Translations under genes and position numbers: made by a program
The notes under the pieces: generated by a model
What the model was told of the DNA's origin: nothing
Database searches by the model: none
The model's input: only the letters and a program-made list of their open reading frames with translations
In this document: in pieces, positions 1 to 11,400 of the stretch
Position numbering within the stretch: the stretch's first letter is position 1
Layout of the letters: each line of letters opens with the position of its first letter
Assembly (NCBI GenBank): GCA_913045195.1
Contig: CAJWQR010000003.1
Coordinates: 187 to 64,186 of the forward strand
Reading direction: 5' to 3'
DNA length: 64,000 nucleotides
From: an uncultured Legionellales bacterium
Lineage (GTDB): Bacteria; Pseudomonadota; Gammaproteobacteria; Eutrophobiales; Eutrophobiaceae

Positions 1-1
1 T

Positions 2-814
2 TTTACCAAAATCGCAAAAATTCATGATATTGATCATATTGTTTTACATCACGAATGGGGGGAAGAAATTAATCTTATCAATTTAAACAATGAACTACAG
101 TATCATAAAGAAATTTCGCATATTGCAGTAGTTCATCATGAAACAACCACTGGCCGTCTGAATAATATTGGAAAAATAGCAGCTATATGTAAACAACATA
201 CAAATATATCGATCTTGCTCGATGCTGTTAGTAGTTTTGGGGCAGAAGAAATAAAATTTGACCAGTGGAATATAATTGCCTGCGCATCAACCGCTAATAA
301 ATGCCTGCACGGCGTGCCAGGCACATCTTTTGTAATAACTAATAGAAATTCCACATCCAAAATGGATGCGACACTAGCTCGTACACTTTATTTAGATCTT
401 CTTGTTTATTTAGACGCCCAAGACAACAATAAAACTCCTTTCACACAATCAATTCAAACCTTTTATGCGCTAGATGAAGCATTAGAGGAAATAATTGAGT
501 TTGGCGGATGGAAAAATCGCCAAGAAAAATACCAAAATCTAATGAATATAGTCCGAACTGAACTAGAAAAATTAAAAATTAAACCTTGTCTTGAAGAAAA
601 AGAATCATCCTGTGTACTAAATTCATTCTATTTGCCGGAAGGAATTACCTATGAGAAATTACACGATGAACTAAAAGAGGCAGGATTCGTCATTTATGCT
701 GGACAAGGAGGTCTCAAAAAATCGTTCTTTAGGATATCTTGTATGGGTGATATTTCAGAAACAGATATAAAGAGATTTATCGTGGCAATCAAAAAAATTG
801 TATCTGTTAAATAA
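2..814 (+). CDS. phnW: 2-aminoethylphosphonate--pyruvate aminotransferase (class V aminotransferase), 5'-truncated by the window edge
   Basis: The frame is open from nt 2. The translation contains IAVVHHETTTGRLNNIG, ASTANKCLHGVPGTSFVI and FVIYAGQG...FRISCMGDI. These align with remembered enterobacterial PhnW (AMVHSETTTGMLNPID, SSANKCIQGVPGFAFVIA, FVIYPGKV..CFRIGNIG). Confidence 0.8.
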   Translation, partial: FTKIAKIHDIDHIVLHHEWGEEINLINLNNELQYHKEISHIAVVHHETTTGRLNNIGKIAAICKQHTNISILLDAVSSFGAEEIKFDQWNIIACASTANKCLHGVPGTSFVITNRNSTSKMDATLARTLYLDLLVYLDAQDNNKTPFTQSIQTFYALDEALEEIIEFGGWKNRQEKYQNLMNIVRTELEKLKIKPCLEEKESSCVLNSFYLPEGITYEKLHDELKEAGFVIYAGQGGLKKSFFRISCMGDISETDIKRFIVAIKKIVSVK

Positions 815-827
815 TAGAAATTAAATA

Positions 828-2723
828 CTAACTATTAATTTGTTCTTTCTTTTTTTCAGGTTCGCTAATTTTATGCATAATAAAATTATGTATTCCCTCA
901 TAATCTAAACCAGCATCCCTTAACATGTCATCTCTTGTACCATGCTGAATTAATCTATCTGGTAAGCCATGATTAACAATTCTTTGCGAGATACCATAAG
1001 CGGCTAACACTTCATTTACCGCAGAACCTGCGCCGCCCTGAACAACATTCTCCTCAACCGTAATAATTAAATGATGTTCCTCACATATATTAAGAATAAG
1101 AGATTCATCAATTGGTTTAACAAAACGCATATTTATTACTGTCGCATTAAGTTCTTTGCCGATACGTTCGCAGGGCTCAACCATAGTGCCAAAAGCCAGT
1201 ATGGCTATATCTTTACCCTTACACCTTACTTCCCCCTTACCAATCGGAAGTTTTGTCATTTCATGCAGTACTTTTACTCCAGGACCAGTGCCACGTGGAT
1301 AGCGAACAGCAGCAGGTTGATTAAGTTGAAAACCCGTGTATAGCATTTGTCGACATTCATTTTCATCGGATGGAGTCATCAAAACAATATTTGGTAAACA
1401 GCGCATAAAAGTTAAATCGTATACCCCATTATGTGTCGGACCATCAGCACCAACGCACCCTGCCCTATCAATAGCAAACAAGACCGGAAGATTTTGTATA
1501 GCAACATCATGTATTAATTGATCATAAGCGCGTTGCAGAAATGTTGAATAGATCGCAACGACAGGTTTTAATCCGTCGCAAGCCATTCCAGCCGCAACAG
1601 TGACGCTATGTTGTTCTGATATTGCGACATCAAAATATTTATCGGGATGCTCTTTCTCAAACCTTACCAAGCCTGAACCCTCACGCATTGCAGGTGTAAT
1701 TGCGGCAAACCGATTGTCTAGTTTGGCTATATCACAAGCCCAATCACCAAAAACTTTACTATAACTAGGACTAGATAATGATTTACTAGAAGGAATTATT
1801 CCCTTCTTGGGGTCGAATGGTGTTACGCCATGATATTTAACAGGATCATCTTCTGCGGGAGCATATCCCCTACCTTTTTTTGTAATAACATGAAGAAACT
1901 GAGGTCCCTCAAGTTTTTGAATATTTTTTAACATGCTAATTAATACGGATAAATCATGGCCATCCACTGGACCAATATAGTTAAAACCAAACTCTTCAAA
2001 TAAAGTACCTGGCACGATTAAACCTTTAACATGTTCTTCTGTGCGTTTTGCAATTTCTAGTGCGGCAGGAATATTTGACAACACTTTTTTTCCGCTCTTG
2101 CGTACACTAGAATAAAATTTACCAGATAATAATTGTGCAAAACGATTTGAAAGCGCTCCCACATTCGGAGATATTGACATATTGTTGTCATTTAAAATAA
2201 CTAACAAATCACTATGCTGAGCGCCCGCATGATTTAACGCCTCAAATGCCATTCCCGCAGTCAAACCTCCGTCACCAATAATTGCTACACATTTTCTTTT
2301 TTGTCCACTTCTAGAAGCAGCTGTTGACATGCCTAAAGCAGCACTAATTGATGTACTAGAATGACCAACACCGAAAGCATCATAGTCACTTTCGTCTCGT
2401 TTCGGGAATGGAGCCAAGCCTTTCCATTGGCGTATTGTGTTAAGACGTTCTTTTCTTCCGGTTAATATTTTATGTACGTACGCTTGATGGCCGACATCCC
2501 AAACCAAGCGATCATCAGGCGTGTTGTATAAGTAGTGTAAAGCGATTGTTAATTCAGTAGCACCCAAACTCGCGGCAAAATGTCCTCCGCTTCTACTCAC
2601 AGAATATAGAAGAAATTCTCGGATCTCATCAGCAACTTGGTCTAATTTCGATTCTGGTAGTTTTCGCAGATCAGCTGGAGAATCGATGTTATCAAGTAAA
2701 GGTGTATTAATTTCTTTATTCAT
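828..2723 (-). CDS. dxs: 1-deoxy-D-xylulose-5-phosphate synthase
   Basis: Near colinear match to E. coli Dxs ([38 protein letters not shown], the C-terminal transketolase-like domain). The start is probably the internal Met of [16 protein letters not shown]; the longest ORF extends to 2750. Confidence 0.95.
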   Translation of the reverse strand: MNKEINTPLLDNIDSPADLRKLPESKLDQVADEIREFLLYSVSRSGGHFAASLGATELTIALHYLYNTPDDRLVWDVGHQAYVHKILTGRKERLNTIRQWKGLAPFPKRDESDYDAFGVGHSSTSISAALGMSTAASRSGQKRKCVAIIGDGGLTAGMAFEALNHAGAQHSDLLVILNDNNMSISPNVGALSNRFAQLLSGKFYSSVRKSGKKVLSNIPAALEIAKRTEEHVKGLIVPGTLFEEFGFNYIGPVDGHDLSVLISMLKNIQKLEGPQFLHVITKKGRGYAPAEDDPVKYHGVTPFDPKKGIIPSSKSLSSPSYSKVFGDWACDIAKLDNRFAAITPAMREGSGLVRFEKEHPDKYFDVAISEQHSVTVAAGMACDGLKPVVAIYSTFLQRAYDQLIHDVAIQNLPVLFAIDRAGCVGADGPTHNGVYDLTFMRCLPNIVLMTPSDENECRQMLYTGFQLNQPAAVRYPRGTGPGVKVLHEMTKLPIGKGEVRCKGKDIAILAFGTMVEPCERIGKELNATVINMRFVKPIDESLILNICEEHHLIITVEENVVQGGAGSAVNEVLAAYGISQRIVNHGLPDRLIQHGTRDDMLRDAGLDYEGIHNFIMHKISEPEKKKEQINS

Positions 2724-2929
2724 AAAGATTTGGTAAGTCAAAGAGGCCATTATGAATATTGCTTAAGAACCATGCAAGAAAATTGATAAAAACATAAATA
2801 TGAAATATGGCAAATCTTTATATGTATCAATTCTGTACATTCATCTCATCATCACTTAACCTTAGTGTGGCTGAGGAAATATCAGCTCAATTTTTAAAAA
2901 CAAAATTAATCATCCGAGGTTATATTGGA

Positions 2930-4060
2930 ATGGGCGTTCCACTAATTCAGCAATACAGAGTTGGTAAATACATTATTGGGGGGAAACTACGTGGTATCAA
3001 AAAATATCCTTTAGTATTAATGTTAGAACCTCTTTTTCGCTGTAACTTAGCCTGCTCTGGGTGTGGAAAAATCGATTACCCTAAAGAAATTCTTGATAAA
3101 CGTTTAAGTTTTGATGAATGTATGCAGGCCATTGATGAATGTGGCGCTCCTATTGTTTCCATCGCTGGGGGTGAACCACTCATACACAAAGAAATGACAC
3201 ATATCGTAAATGGGTTTATAAAACGTAAGAAATTTGTGTACCTTTGCACAAATGCGATGCTTTTAAAAAAACACATAGATATGTATGAACCATCACCTTA
3301 TTTAACTTTCTCAATTCATTTGGACGGAAATAAAGAACGTCACGATGCCTCCGTTTGTTTGGATGGTGTTTTCGAAAAATGTATTAGTGTTATAAAAATT
3401 GCTCGCAAAAAAGGTTTTCGTGTCACTATAAATTGCACATTATTTCAGGGAGAAAGTGCTAGAGAAGTAGCAGAGTTCTTAGATATGGCTATGGAATTAG
3501 GTGTTGAAGGAGTAACTATATCTCCTGGCTATAGTTACGAAAGAGCGCCGAAGCAAGATGTATTTTTAAAAAATAAAGAGAGTAAGCAATTATTCCGAAA
3601 TATATTCAAATTAAATACTCATAAGACCTGGCGCTTTAATCAATCATCACTATATCTTGATTTCCTTGCGGGTAACCAAACTTATCAATGTACGCCATGG
3701 GGCAATCCAACTCGTAATGTCTTTGGCTGGCAAAAACCATGTTACCTACTAGTAGGTGAAGGCTATGCTCCAACATTTTCTGCGTTGATACAAGAAACAG
3801 CATGGGAAAATTATGGTTCCGGAAAAAACCCAAAGTGTACTAATTGCATGGTGCATTGCGGATACGAAGCAACAGCCGTTAACGATACATTCAATCACCC
3901 ATTAAAAGCGTTGGGTGTATTTTTAAAAGGACCGAAAACAGATGGTGAGATGGCTCCAGAGCTGCCGGTGTTATATAACGATGATGAAATAACTAAACCA
4001 AAACTGATAGCGAACAATGAGATGTCCAATAATAACGGCAAAAATAAACAAGTTGCCTGA
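2930..4060 (+). CDS. hpnH: hopanoid biosynthesis-associated radical SAM protein HpnH (adenosylhopane synthase family)
   Basis: KYPLVLMLEPLFRCNLACSGCGKIDYP is the radical SAM CxxxCxxC with the characteristic HpnH context. It is followed by SIAGGEPLIHKEM, FVYLCTNAMLL, CTPWGNPTRNVFGWQKPCYLL and the C-terminal CxxC MVHCGYEAT. The start is placed at the Met of MGVPLIQQ; the ORF track extends upstream to 2807. Confidence 0.85.
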   Translation: MGVPLIQQYRVGKYIIGGKLRGIKKYPLVLMLEPLFRCNLACSGCGKIDYPKEILDKRLSFDECMQAIDECGAPIVSIAGGEPLIHKEMTHIVNGFIKRKKFVYLCTNAMLLKKHIDMYEPSPYLTFSIHLDGNKERHDASVCLDGVFEKCISVIKIARKKGFRVTINCTLFQGESAREVAEFLDMAMELGVEGVTISPGYSYERAPKQDVFLKNKESKQLFRNIFKLNTHKTWRFNQSSLYLDFLAGNQTYQCTPWGNPTRNVFGWQKPCYLLVGEGYAPTFSALIQETAWENYGSGKNPKCTNCMVHCGYEATAVNDTFNHPLKALGVFLKGPKTDGEMAPELPVLYNDDEITKPKLIANNEMSNNNGKNKQVA

Positions 4061-5175
4061 TGGAACTACTATTCCTGGCAACAATGCTAGGACTTCTAAT
4101 ATGGGCAACGATTCTCTTACTGCCTTCACGCCCCTATAGCACTCGAGAATCTCTAGCAGTTCTCTCAGCAGAAAAAACAACCTTATCAGAGGTTACGGTA
4201 CTCATTCCAGCAAGAAATGAGGCATCAACAATAACCGAAACACTCGCGGCACTTAAAGCACAAGATTCCCAATTGAAAGTTATTCTGGTCGATGATCAAT
4301 CAACTGATAATACAATCAAATATGCTAATTCCGCTAAATTAGATAATTTATTGATTCTATCTGGGGCTAAATTACCTAAGGGATGGAGTGGTAAGTTATG
4401 GGCATTAGAACAAGGACGTAAATATGTTCAAACTCGTTATCTTGTCTTAGTTGATGCAGATATCATTTTAAAACCCGGCTTAATAAAAGCAATATTAACG
4501 AAAGCAAAAAAGAATGATATAAAATTATTATCATTGATGGCTCATCTTAGAATGTCATCATTCTGGGAAATAATATTAATGCCTGCTTTTATCTTTTTTT
4601 TCAAACTAATCTATCCATTTCGTCTTTCAAATTCATCCAACTCAAAAATAGCTGCAGCAGCAGGAGGATGTATTCTTCTAGAAACAGAAATTCTCAAAGA
4701 ATTGGGGGGGTTTAAATCTATTCAGAATGCACTAATTGACGATTGCGCGCTTGCAAAAAAGGTCAAGCAAAGCGGCTATAAAACTTGGCTGGGCTTAACT
4801 CACTCCGTAATTAGTACTCGTCGCTATGATAAACTTTCAATAATACGGGAGATGATTACAAGAACTGCGTACACCCAGCTCAATTATTCTCCATTATTGC
4901 TTTTGTTTTGCACAATTTTAATGATTATTGCTTTTTTAATTCCAGTTACCGCTATATTACAAACACAATCAATAATAATAATAATGGGTTTAATCACGCT
5001 TTGTATACAAGCTATATGTTATTTACCGATATTAAGATACTATTCATTAAACCCTCTGTGCGCTATCTTATTACCATTTATTGGTATGCTTTATTTATTT
5101 TTTACATTAAATTCAGCTTATTGTTACTATTTTAGTAAGGGCATATGCTGGAAAGACCGATATTACAAAAATTGA
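4060..5175 (+). CDS. family 2 glycosyltransferase with C-terminal multi-TM region (hopene-associated HpnB-like)
   Basis: VLIPARNEA...LVDDQSTDNT...GKLWALEQG...LVLVDADI is a GT2 DxD-type catalytic domain, followed by hydrophobic helices. Its start codon overlaps the hpnH stop by 1 nt (TGATG). The HpnB assignment rests on adjacency and size only. Confidence 0.65.
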   Translation: MELLFLATMLGLLIWATILLLPSRPYSTRESLAVLSAEKTTLSEVTVLIPARNEASTITETLAALKAQDSQLKVILVDDQSTDNTIKYANSAKLDNLLILSGAKLPKGWSGKLWALEQGRKYVQTRYLVLVDADIILKPGLIKAILTKAKKNDIKLLSLMAHLRMSSFWEIILMPAFIFFFKLIYPFRLSNSSNSKIAAAAGGCILLETEILKELGGFKSIQNALIDDCALAKKVKQSGYKTWLGLTHSVISTRRYDKLSIIREMITRTAYTQLNYSPLLLLFCTILMIIAFLIPVTAILQTQSIIIIMGLITLCIQAICYLPILRYYSLNPLCAILLPFIGMLYLFFTLNSAYCYYFSKGICWKDRYYKN

Positions 5176-5287
5176 AAAAAGAGCAGAAAGTAATTAAATT
5201 TGTTTCTTATTATTTATGATTACACTAATGAACAATTTCTTAAAAATAATATTGAAAAAAAAATGCTTCCGATTTATATCGAAGAGC

Positions 5288-5878
5288 ATGCTTAGTTCTT
5301 ACTTAATATTTTTTACTTTTTCATTATATGCAGGAACTCAATATGAACAAGCGATACAGGAACCTATAAACCAATTACATGAAACGCTTATTAACATCAT
5401 GGTAATCTCGGATACAACAAGCTTTGAGGAACGTTACACATATTTAGAGCCCGTTATAAATAAAAATTTTGATACAGCATTAATTTCAAAAGTCATTCTT
5501 GGTAGATATTGGAAATCAATTGACGAGAAAATCAAGGTTAGATTTATTAATCTGTTTAATAGGTTAACAATTTCTACTTATATAAGTCGTTTCAACTCAT
5601 ATGATAATCAGATATTCAAAAATATATCTATTGAGCAATTAAAAGAAAATAGATATCTAGTAAAAACTGAATTCCTAAGGCTAAAGGAAAAACCAATTTC
5701 TTTTAATTATATCATCCAAAAAAATGGCAAAAAATGGAGAATTATCAGTGTTATTGCTAATGGAATTAATGATCTTTCTCTTAAAAGAGCAGAATATGCG
5801 GCAATAATTAAAAAAGATGGGTTTGAAGTATTAGTAAAAAAGCTGGAACAGAAAATCTACGATTTACAGCCAAATTAG
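5288..5878 (+). CDS. MlaC/Ttg2D-family periplasmic lipid-binding protein (HpnM-like)
   Basis: Signal peptide MLSSYLIFFTFSLYA. VISDTTSFEERYTYLEPVINKNFDTALISKVILGRYWKSIDEKIKVRFINLF fits the toluene-tolerance Ttg2/MlaC family. A GAAGAG SD-like hexamer lies just upstream of this ATG; the longest ORF starts at 5216. Confidence 0.7.
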   Translation: MLSSYLIFFTFSLYAGTQYEQAIQEPINQLHETLINIMVISDTTSFEERYTYLEPVINKNFDTALISKVILGRYWKSIDEKIKVRFINLFNRLTISTYISRFNSYDNQIFKNISIEQLKENRYLVKTEFLRLKEKPISFNYIIQKNGKKWRIISVIANGINDLSLKRAEYAAIIKKDGFEVLVKKLEQKIYDLQPN

Positions 5879-5969
5879 AGCATAAGTCATCAAAAAAATT
5901 GTCTCAGACTTAAAGGTATGTCAATATTTGATGTAGGTTTATGTGGATTTCTATATAAAGAGGTAATCG

Positions 5970-6752
5970 ATGGTTTCTTTTTATTATCTTAAAGTATTAA
6001 AGCAAATAATTTTTCTTGCTTTGTTTTGTGTTTTGGTGGGTTGTGCGACAACACAAACCACGGATAAATATACAAAAGACGACTCATTGGAACCGGCAAA
6101 TCGAGTTTTCTTTGATATTAACGAAACACTTGATCAGGCCTTAATTAAGCCTGTCGCGGAAGTCTACGCTGATGTAACCCCAAATTTTATAAGAACTAGC
6201 ATCACAAATTTCTTCGAAAATCTCGCTTATCTTAATGTTATTCTGAATGATTTATTGCAAGGAAAGATAAACCAGGGATTATCAGATACTGTACGTTTCG
6301 TGGCTAATTCAACAATGGGAATTGGGGGTCTTTTTGATGTTGCCACGCCAATGGGCCTACCGGAAAATGATGAAGACTTTGGGCAAACCCTTGCAGTTTG
6401 GGGTGTCGATGAAGGGTCTTATCTTTATTTGCCGTTTTTTGGTCCAAATACTGTCCGCGACTCCACGGATTTTGTTCCGAGCACACTATTAAATCCATTT
6501 TTCTACATATCAAGCACAATTCTATTTCCTGTAACCGCAATTAATGCAGTAAATAAACGTGCCAATTTACTTGAAGCATCCAATATACGTGATGAAGCTG
6601 CCGTTGACCCATATTCGTTTACTCGTGAAGCATATTTACAACAACGTGAATATCTTATTCATGATGGTAATCCGCCAATTACTGGCTATGATGATGTTTT
6701 TAGTGTTGACGATGAACAAAATGATGGAAGTGGTGTATTGAAAATTGAATAA
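5970..6752 (+). CDS. mlaA: MlaA/VacJ-family outer-membrane lipoprotein
   Basis: Lipobox LVGC after the signal peptide. NRVFFDINETLDQALIKPVAEVYADVTP...NSTMGIGGLFDVATPMGLPENDEDFGQTLAVWGVDEGSYLYLPFFGPNTVRD is the VacJ signature region. An AAGAGG SD precedes the start. Confidence 0.8.
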   Translation: MVSFYYLKVLKQIIFLALFCVLVGCATTQTTDKYTKDDSLEPANRVFFDINETLDQALIKPVAEVYADVTPNFIRTSITNFFENLAYLNVILNDLLQGKINQGLSDTVRFVANSTMGIGGLFDVATPMGLPENDEDFGQTLAVWGVDEGSYLYLPFFGPNTVRDSTDFVPSTLLNPFFYISSTILFPVTAINAVNKRANLLEASNIRDEAAVDPYSFTREAYLQQREYLIHDGNPPITGYDDVFSVDDEQNDGSGVLKIE

Positions 6753-6858
6753 GATTAATACTGATTGACAATAATATCGCTCTAACAAAATTTTCCTGCA
6801 TTGAAATTTAAAGTTTGATTAATGCAGTAAGTACCTCAAGTCTGTTCTTTAAAAGTTT

Positions 6859-8403
6859 ATGAGTGAAGAAATCTTAGTTAATGTAACCACCCAAGAAACA
6901 CGTGTAGCTGTTATTGAAAATGGCGTACTACAAGAAATCCATATTGAACGTTCGCAAAAGCGAGGGGTCGTTGGAAATATTTACAAAGGGAGAGTTTCTC
7001 GAGTGTTACCAGGAATGCAAGCAGCTTTTATTGATATAGGATTGGAGCGTACTGGTTTTTTGCAAACTTCGGATATTAATAATACTAATATTGATGGTGA
7101 TTTTGAACAAATTGAAAATAATAATGAGCAAAGAATAGAATCAATTATTAAAGAGAATGAAGAATTACTTGTTCAAGTAATTAAAGATCCGATTGGAAAC
7201 AAAGGTGCTAGGCTAACAACGCGTCTTTCAATTCCATCAAGATATATTGTGCTCACTCCAAAGTATCCATTTATAGGTATTTCCAAAAAAATTGGAAATG
7301 ATGATGAAGAAAAACGACTTAAAAACATTATTTTGAGTTATCTTTCTGGTGTTGAAGAACTAGCTTTTGCAATTAAAGATAATGTAGTTTTACATAAGTC
7401 CCTATCCGAACCTAAAATATTACATAAGGGTGGATATATAATTAGAACAGCTGCAGCATTTATCCCGGCAGAAGAAATTTATAGAGATATTGAATTTCTT
7501 AGAAAGATCTGGGATTCAACACTCTGTTTATCTAAAAAATTATCATCGCCAAATAGGGTTTTTGAAGATCTACCTTTACAAATACGAGTGATACGTGATT
7601 TAGTTCAGAAAAATATTAAAAAAATAAGAATCGATTCTAAAGAAACTTATGAACAAACAATAAAATTCTCGAAAGATTTTATTCCTGAATTTTTAAATAA
7701 AATCGAATATTACAATGAACATCATCCCATACTCGATTTATACTCTGTAGAGGATGAAATACAACATGCTCTTAATAGAAAGGTAAAATTAAAATCTACT
7801 GGTTATTTAATAATTGATCAAACTGAAGCAATGACTACAATCGATGTTAATACTGGTGCATTTGTTGGTCGTAACAATCAAGAAGAGACAATATATAAAA
7901 CAAACCTAGAGGCTGCTTATACAATTTCTCGACAACTTCGACTACGTAATCTCGGTGGTATTATTATTATTGATTTTATTGATATGCAAGATCCTGAACA
8001 TAAACAACGGGTTCTAAGCACACTTCAGAAACATGTTGGTCAAGACCCTTCTAAAACGTCAATCAGTGAAATAACATCGCTTGGACTAGTGCAATTAACT
8101 CGAAAACGTACGAGAGAAAGCCTTGAGCACATCCTTTGCGAAGATTGTCCTACTTGTTATGGAAAAGGATTAATAAAAACACCAGAGACTGTGTGTTTTG
8201 AGATTTATAGAGAAATTCAACGTGAAGTAAGCCAATTCGATGCAAATAAACTACTGGTTGTTGCCTCGCAAACTGTTATTGATATCCTACTAAGTGATGA
8301 ATCAACAAATGTAATAGAACTCGAATCTGTCATTGGAAGAAAAATTAACTTCCAGACAGAAACTTCATATGCACAGGAACAATTCGATATAGTCTTACTT
8401 TAA
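6859..8403 (+). CDS. rng: ribonuclease G (Rne/Rng family, S1 domain + catalytic domain)
   Basis: N-terminal S1 region VNVTTQETRVAVIENGVLQEIHIERSQKRGVVGNIYKGRVSRVLPGMQAAFIDIGLERTGFL. Size of 514 aa and the synteny rng-yhdP as in E. coli. Confidence 0.9.
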   Translation: MSEEILVNVTTQETRVAVIENGVLQEIHIERSQKRGVVGNIYKGRVSRVLPGMQAAFIDIGLERTGFLQTSDINNTNIDGDFEQIENNNEQRIESIIKENEELLVQVIKDPIGNKGARLTTRLSIPSRYIVLTPKYPFIGISKKIGNDDEEKRLKNIILSYLSGVEELAFAIKDNVVLHKSLSEPKILHKGGYIIRTAAAFIPAEEIYRDIEFLRKIWDSTLCLSKKLSSPNRVFEDLPLQIRVIRDLVQKNIKKIRIDSKETYEQTIKFSKDFIPEFLNKIEYYNEHHPILDLYSVEDEIQHALNRKVKLKSTGYLIIDQTEAMTTIDVNTGAFVGRNNQEETIYKTNLEAAYTISRQLRLRNLGGIIIIDFIDMQDPEHKQRVLSTLQKHVGQDPSKTSISEITSLGLVQLTRKRTRESLEHILCEDCPTCYGKGLIKTPETVCFEIYREIQREVSQFDANKLLVVASQTVIDILLSDESTNVIELESVIGRKINFQTETSYAQEQFDIVLL

Positions 8404-8410
8404 TTAATAT

Positions 8411-11400
8411 ATGTTAAGAAATTCTAAAATAACTTCGCATCATTTCTTTTTTTACTCCTTAGTATTAACAATTTTACTAGCAATACTATTTGTTGTCAGT
8501 ATTCGACATACATTACCAAAAATTAACATCTATAAAAGTGAAATAGAATCTATTATTAGTGATTACATGGGTTACTCGGTTAACATTAATACAATAAATG
8601 CTGAATGGAAAGGCTGGACACCCAACTTATATTTAGAGAATATTAAATTACTGGATGAAAGAAATAATAATGAAATAATTAAATTTCACTCTGCTCGGAT
8701 TGGAATTAATCTTGTTGAATCTATCTCAAAAGGTGTAGTTACTCCATCCTATATACAAATTTCAGGATTAAATCTCAATGTTTATCGAAATAAAGATGGC
8801 GTAATCTCAATAAAAAATGATAATTCACTAAAAACTAATATGATTAATCGATCTGGTCTAGCGGAATGGTTATTTACTCAAAAATACCTGATACTCAAGA
8901 ACGTAAATTTAGTTTGGAATGATGAAAATATTAATATTGTAAGAAAAGAGTTTAATAATATTTCTCTTGAACTAAAAACAGATAAAAAAAATACTCGAAT
9001 TGAATTAAATACAGCTCTATCACAACAAGAAAAGCAATTATTTAAAATAAAGGCAAATATAACTGGAAATATATTAACATCAATGTGGCAAGGTGATATT
9101 AATTTTGAATTAATTAATATTGACCCCGCGCGACTTACTAATAAATTATATGCTTTTAGTGATGGTGGTCTATCAAATGCAAAAATATCAACTAGATGGG
9201 AAAATGCAAAGCTGATAAATTTTGATGGTGCATTGGAATATTCAAACTTTTCATCAATTACTGAAGAATCTCTTTTATTAGTAAAAAATATTAATTTTAA
9301 TCTAAATGGAAGTCGAGAATTAAATAAAGATTGGTCATTAAATTTAATTTTACATAATTTAGAAACTGCAAATGGTAAATGGCCTGCGTCTAATTATCAA
9401 TTTGAATTTATTAAAGACTCTTCAAATGATAACTATCTATATAAGGGATATCTTACTTTTTTAAGATTAGAAGATATTTTACCTTTTATTATAACAACTA
9501 ATATTCTACCTAATAATATATTTCAAAAGTTAGATTTAGAATCTATTTCAGGTGAAATAAATAATCTAAATATTGAAATTGATCATATCAACGAAGAATC
9601 TATAAAAATAAAAGATCTTAATGCAAATTTTGATAAATTAAGTATTATTTCTTATGATCAATCTAGTTCTATTAGTGGTTTAAAAGGTGCGTTGGCCGCC
9701 AATAATAACTCTATAGATGTAAGCATTGATAGTGACTTTACAAAAATCAAATTTGACAAACTCTATACTGATGAGAAGATTTTCTCTAAGTTAACTGGGG
9801 AGCTTGAATTAAATTATGATAAATTATTAATTAATAATCTTAAAATAATTTTCGATGGTATATCGCTTACTTCAAATGGAAATATTCTGATTAACGAGGA
9901 TCCTACTTATATTGATTTAAATTTAACTTTAGATGAATCAAATATTGAATATTTTTCAACACTTATACCAGATAAAACTAACCCAGAATTATATAAATGG
10001 CTTAATAATTCATTACTTGGAGGAAAAATTTTATCTGCTGATATGGTTTATAAGGGTTATGCTAAAGATTTTCTACTTAATAATTCAAAAAGTAATTTTA
10101 AAGCAATTTTTAATGTAAGTGATACAAATCTTGATTACAACAGAAATTGGCCTCCAATTGATAATCTTACTGCTGAAATAATTATTGAAAATGACAATCT
10201 ATTAGCCAATATCAGTTCTGGATATATATTTAATGCAGAAATTAGTAATACAACTGCGAAAATTAAACACATCAGCGGAAACAATCATAATGTTATTGTT
10301 AATACTCAGATATACAGTCATATGAATGATCTAAAAAAATTCATCATTCAAAGCCCATTAAATGAAGACCCAACTCTTATCAAATATATAAATAATATAA
10401 CAGGAAATATTGATATTAATCTTAATTTAGATATCCCGCTTGGTCTTGAGAAAACAAAATTTAATGGTAAGGTTTCATTAAATAATGCATCAATCGAGTC
10501 AGGTTTGCCTGGGCTTGCACTTGAGAATGTAAATGGTGATATAAATTTTAGTGTTAATGAAATATGGGCAAATGATATTGATGCAATTTATATAGGAAGC
10601 CCCATAAAACTAACAATTCCAACTATTAATTATAAAAATTTAGATTTTTTACCATTCAATATCTCTGGTGTTGCTAATAAAATATTTATAATTGATCAAA
10701 TGACAAGTTTATTTCCTAATCTTTATAATAATATCGAAAATATAAAAACCTATTTTTCCGGCGAAAGCGAATGGACTTTTTCCCTTAGCGAGTCGGAGAA
10801 CAATTCTCAATTAGATGATAAAAGAATTGAATTTAAATCAGATTTATATGGTATTGAGATTAACTTACCTCCTCCCTTAAAAAAAGATAAAAATGAATTA
10901 CGTCCCTTAATAATTGAAACTAATATTAGTAACTTATTAATAGATAAATTTAGTATATATTATAATAATGAAATATTTACTGATATATTTATTGATAATA
11001 CAAAAGATTTCTTTGTTAAAAATATAAATATTGGCTTAGAAACAAAACATCCTGAAAATAAAACCGATAATAGCATATCCATTCAAGGTAGCATGAACAG
11101 CCTAATTTTTACTGACTGGGCTAATTTTATAAATACATCAAAAACTAATAATAAAGTAAACCAGGGTAAAACTTTCTTAGGGAAAATTAATGTAAAGAAT
11201 CTAGAAATAATTAATAAAAATTTTAATGATGTTGATATTAATTTTTCTAGTTCTAATAGTAATAAAGATTGGAATATTTTATTTGATAGTGAAAAAATAA
11301 GAGGAGAAGCATGGTATAAGAAAAAATTTATTAATAAAAATGACTATCTATATCTAAATTTTGAAACCCTTTCTTTAAGCGAAAATCAAAATACTGAAAA

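Noticed and set aside
1071-1521. Two short plus-strand ORFs (90 and 61 aa) inside dxs
   Set aside because: Antisense to dxs; no support.
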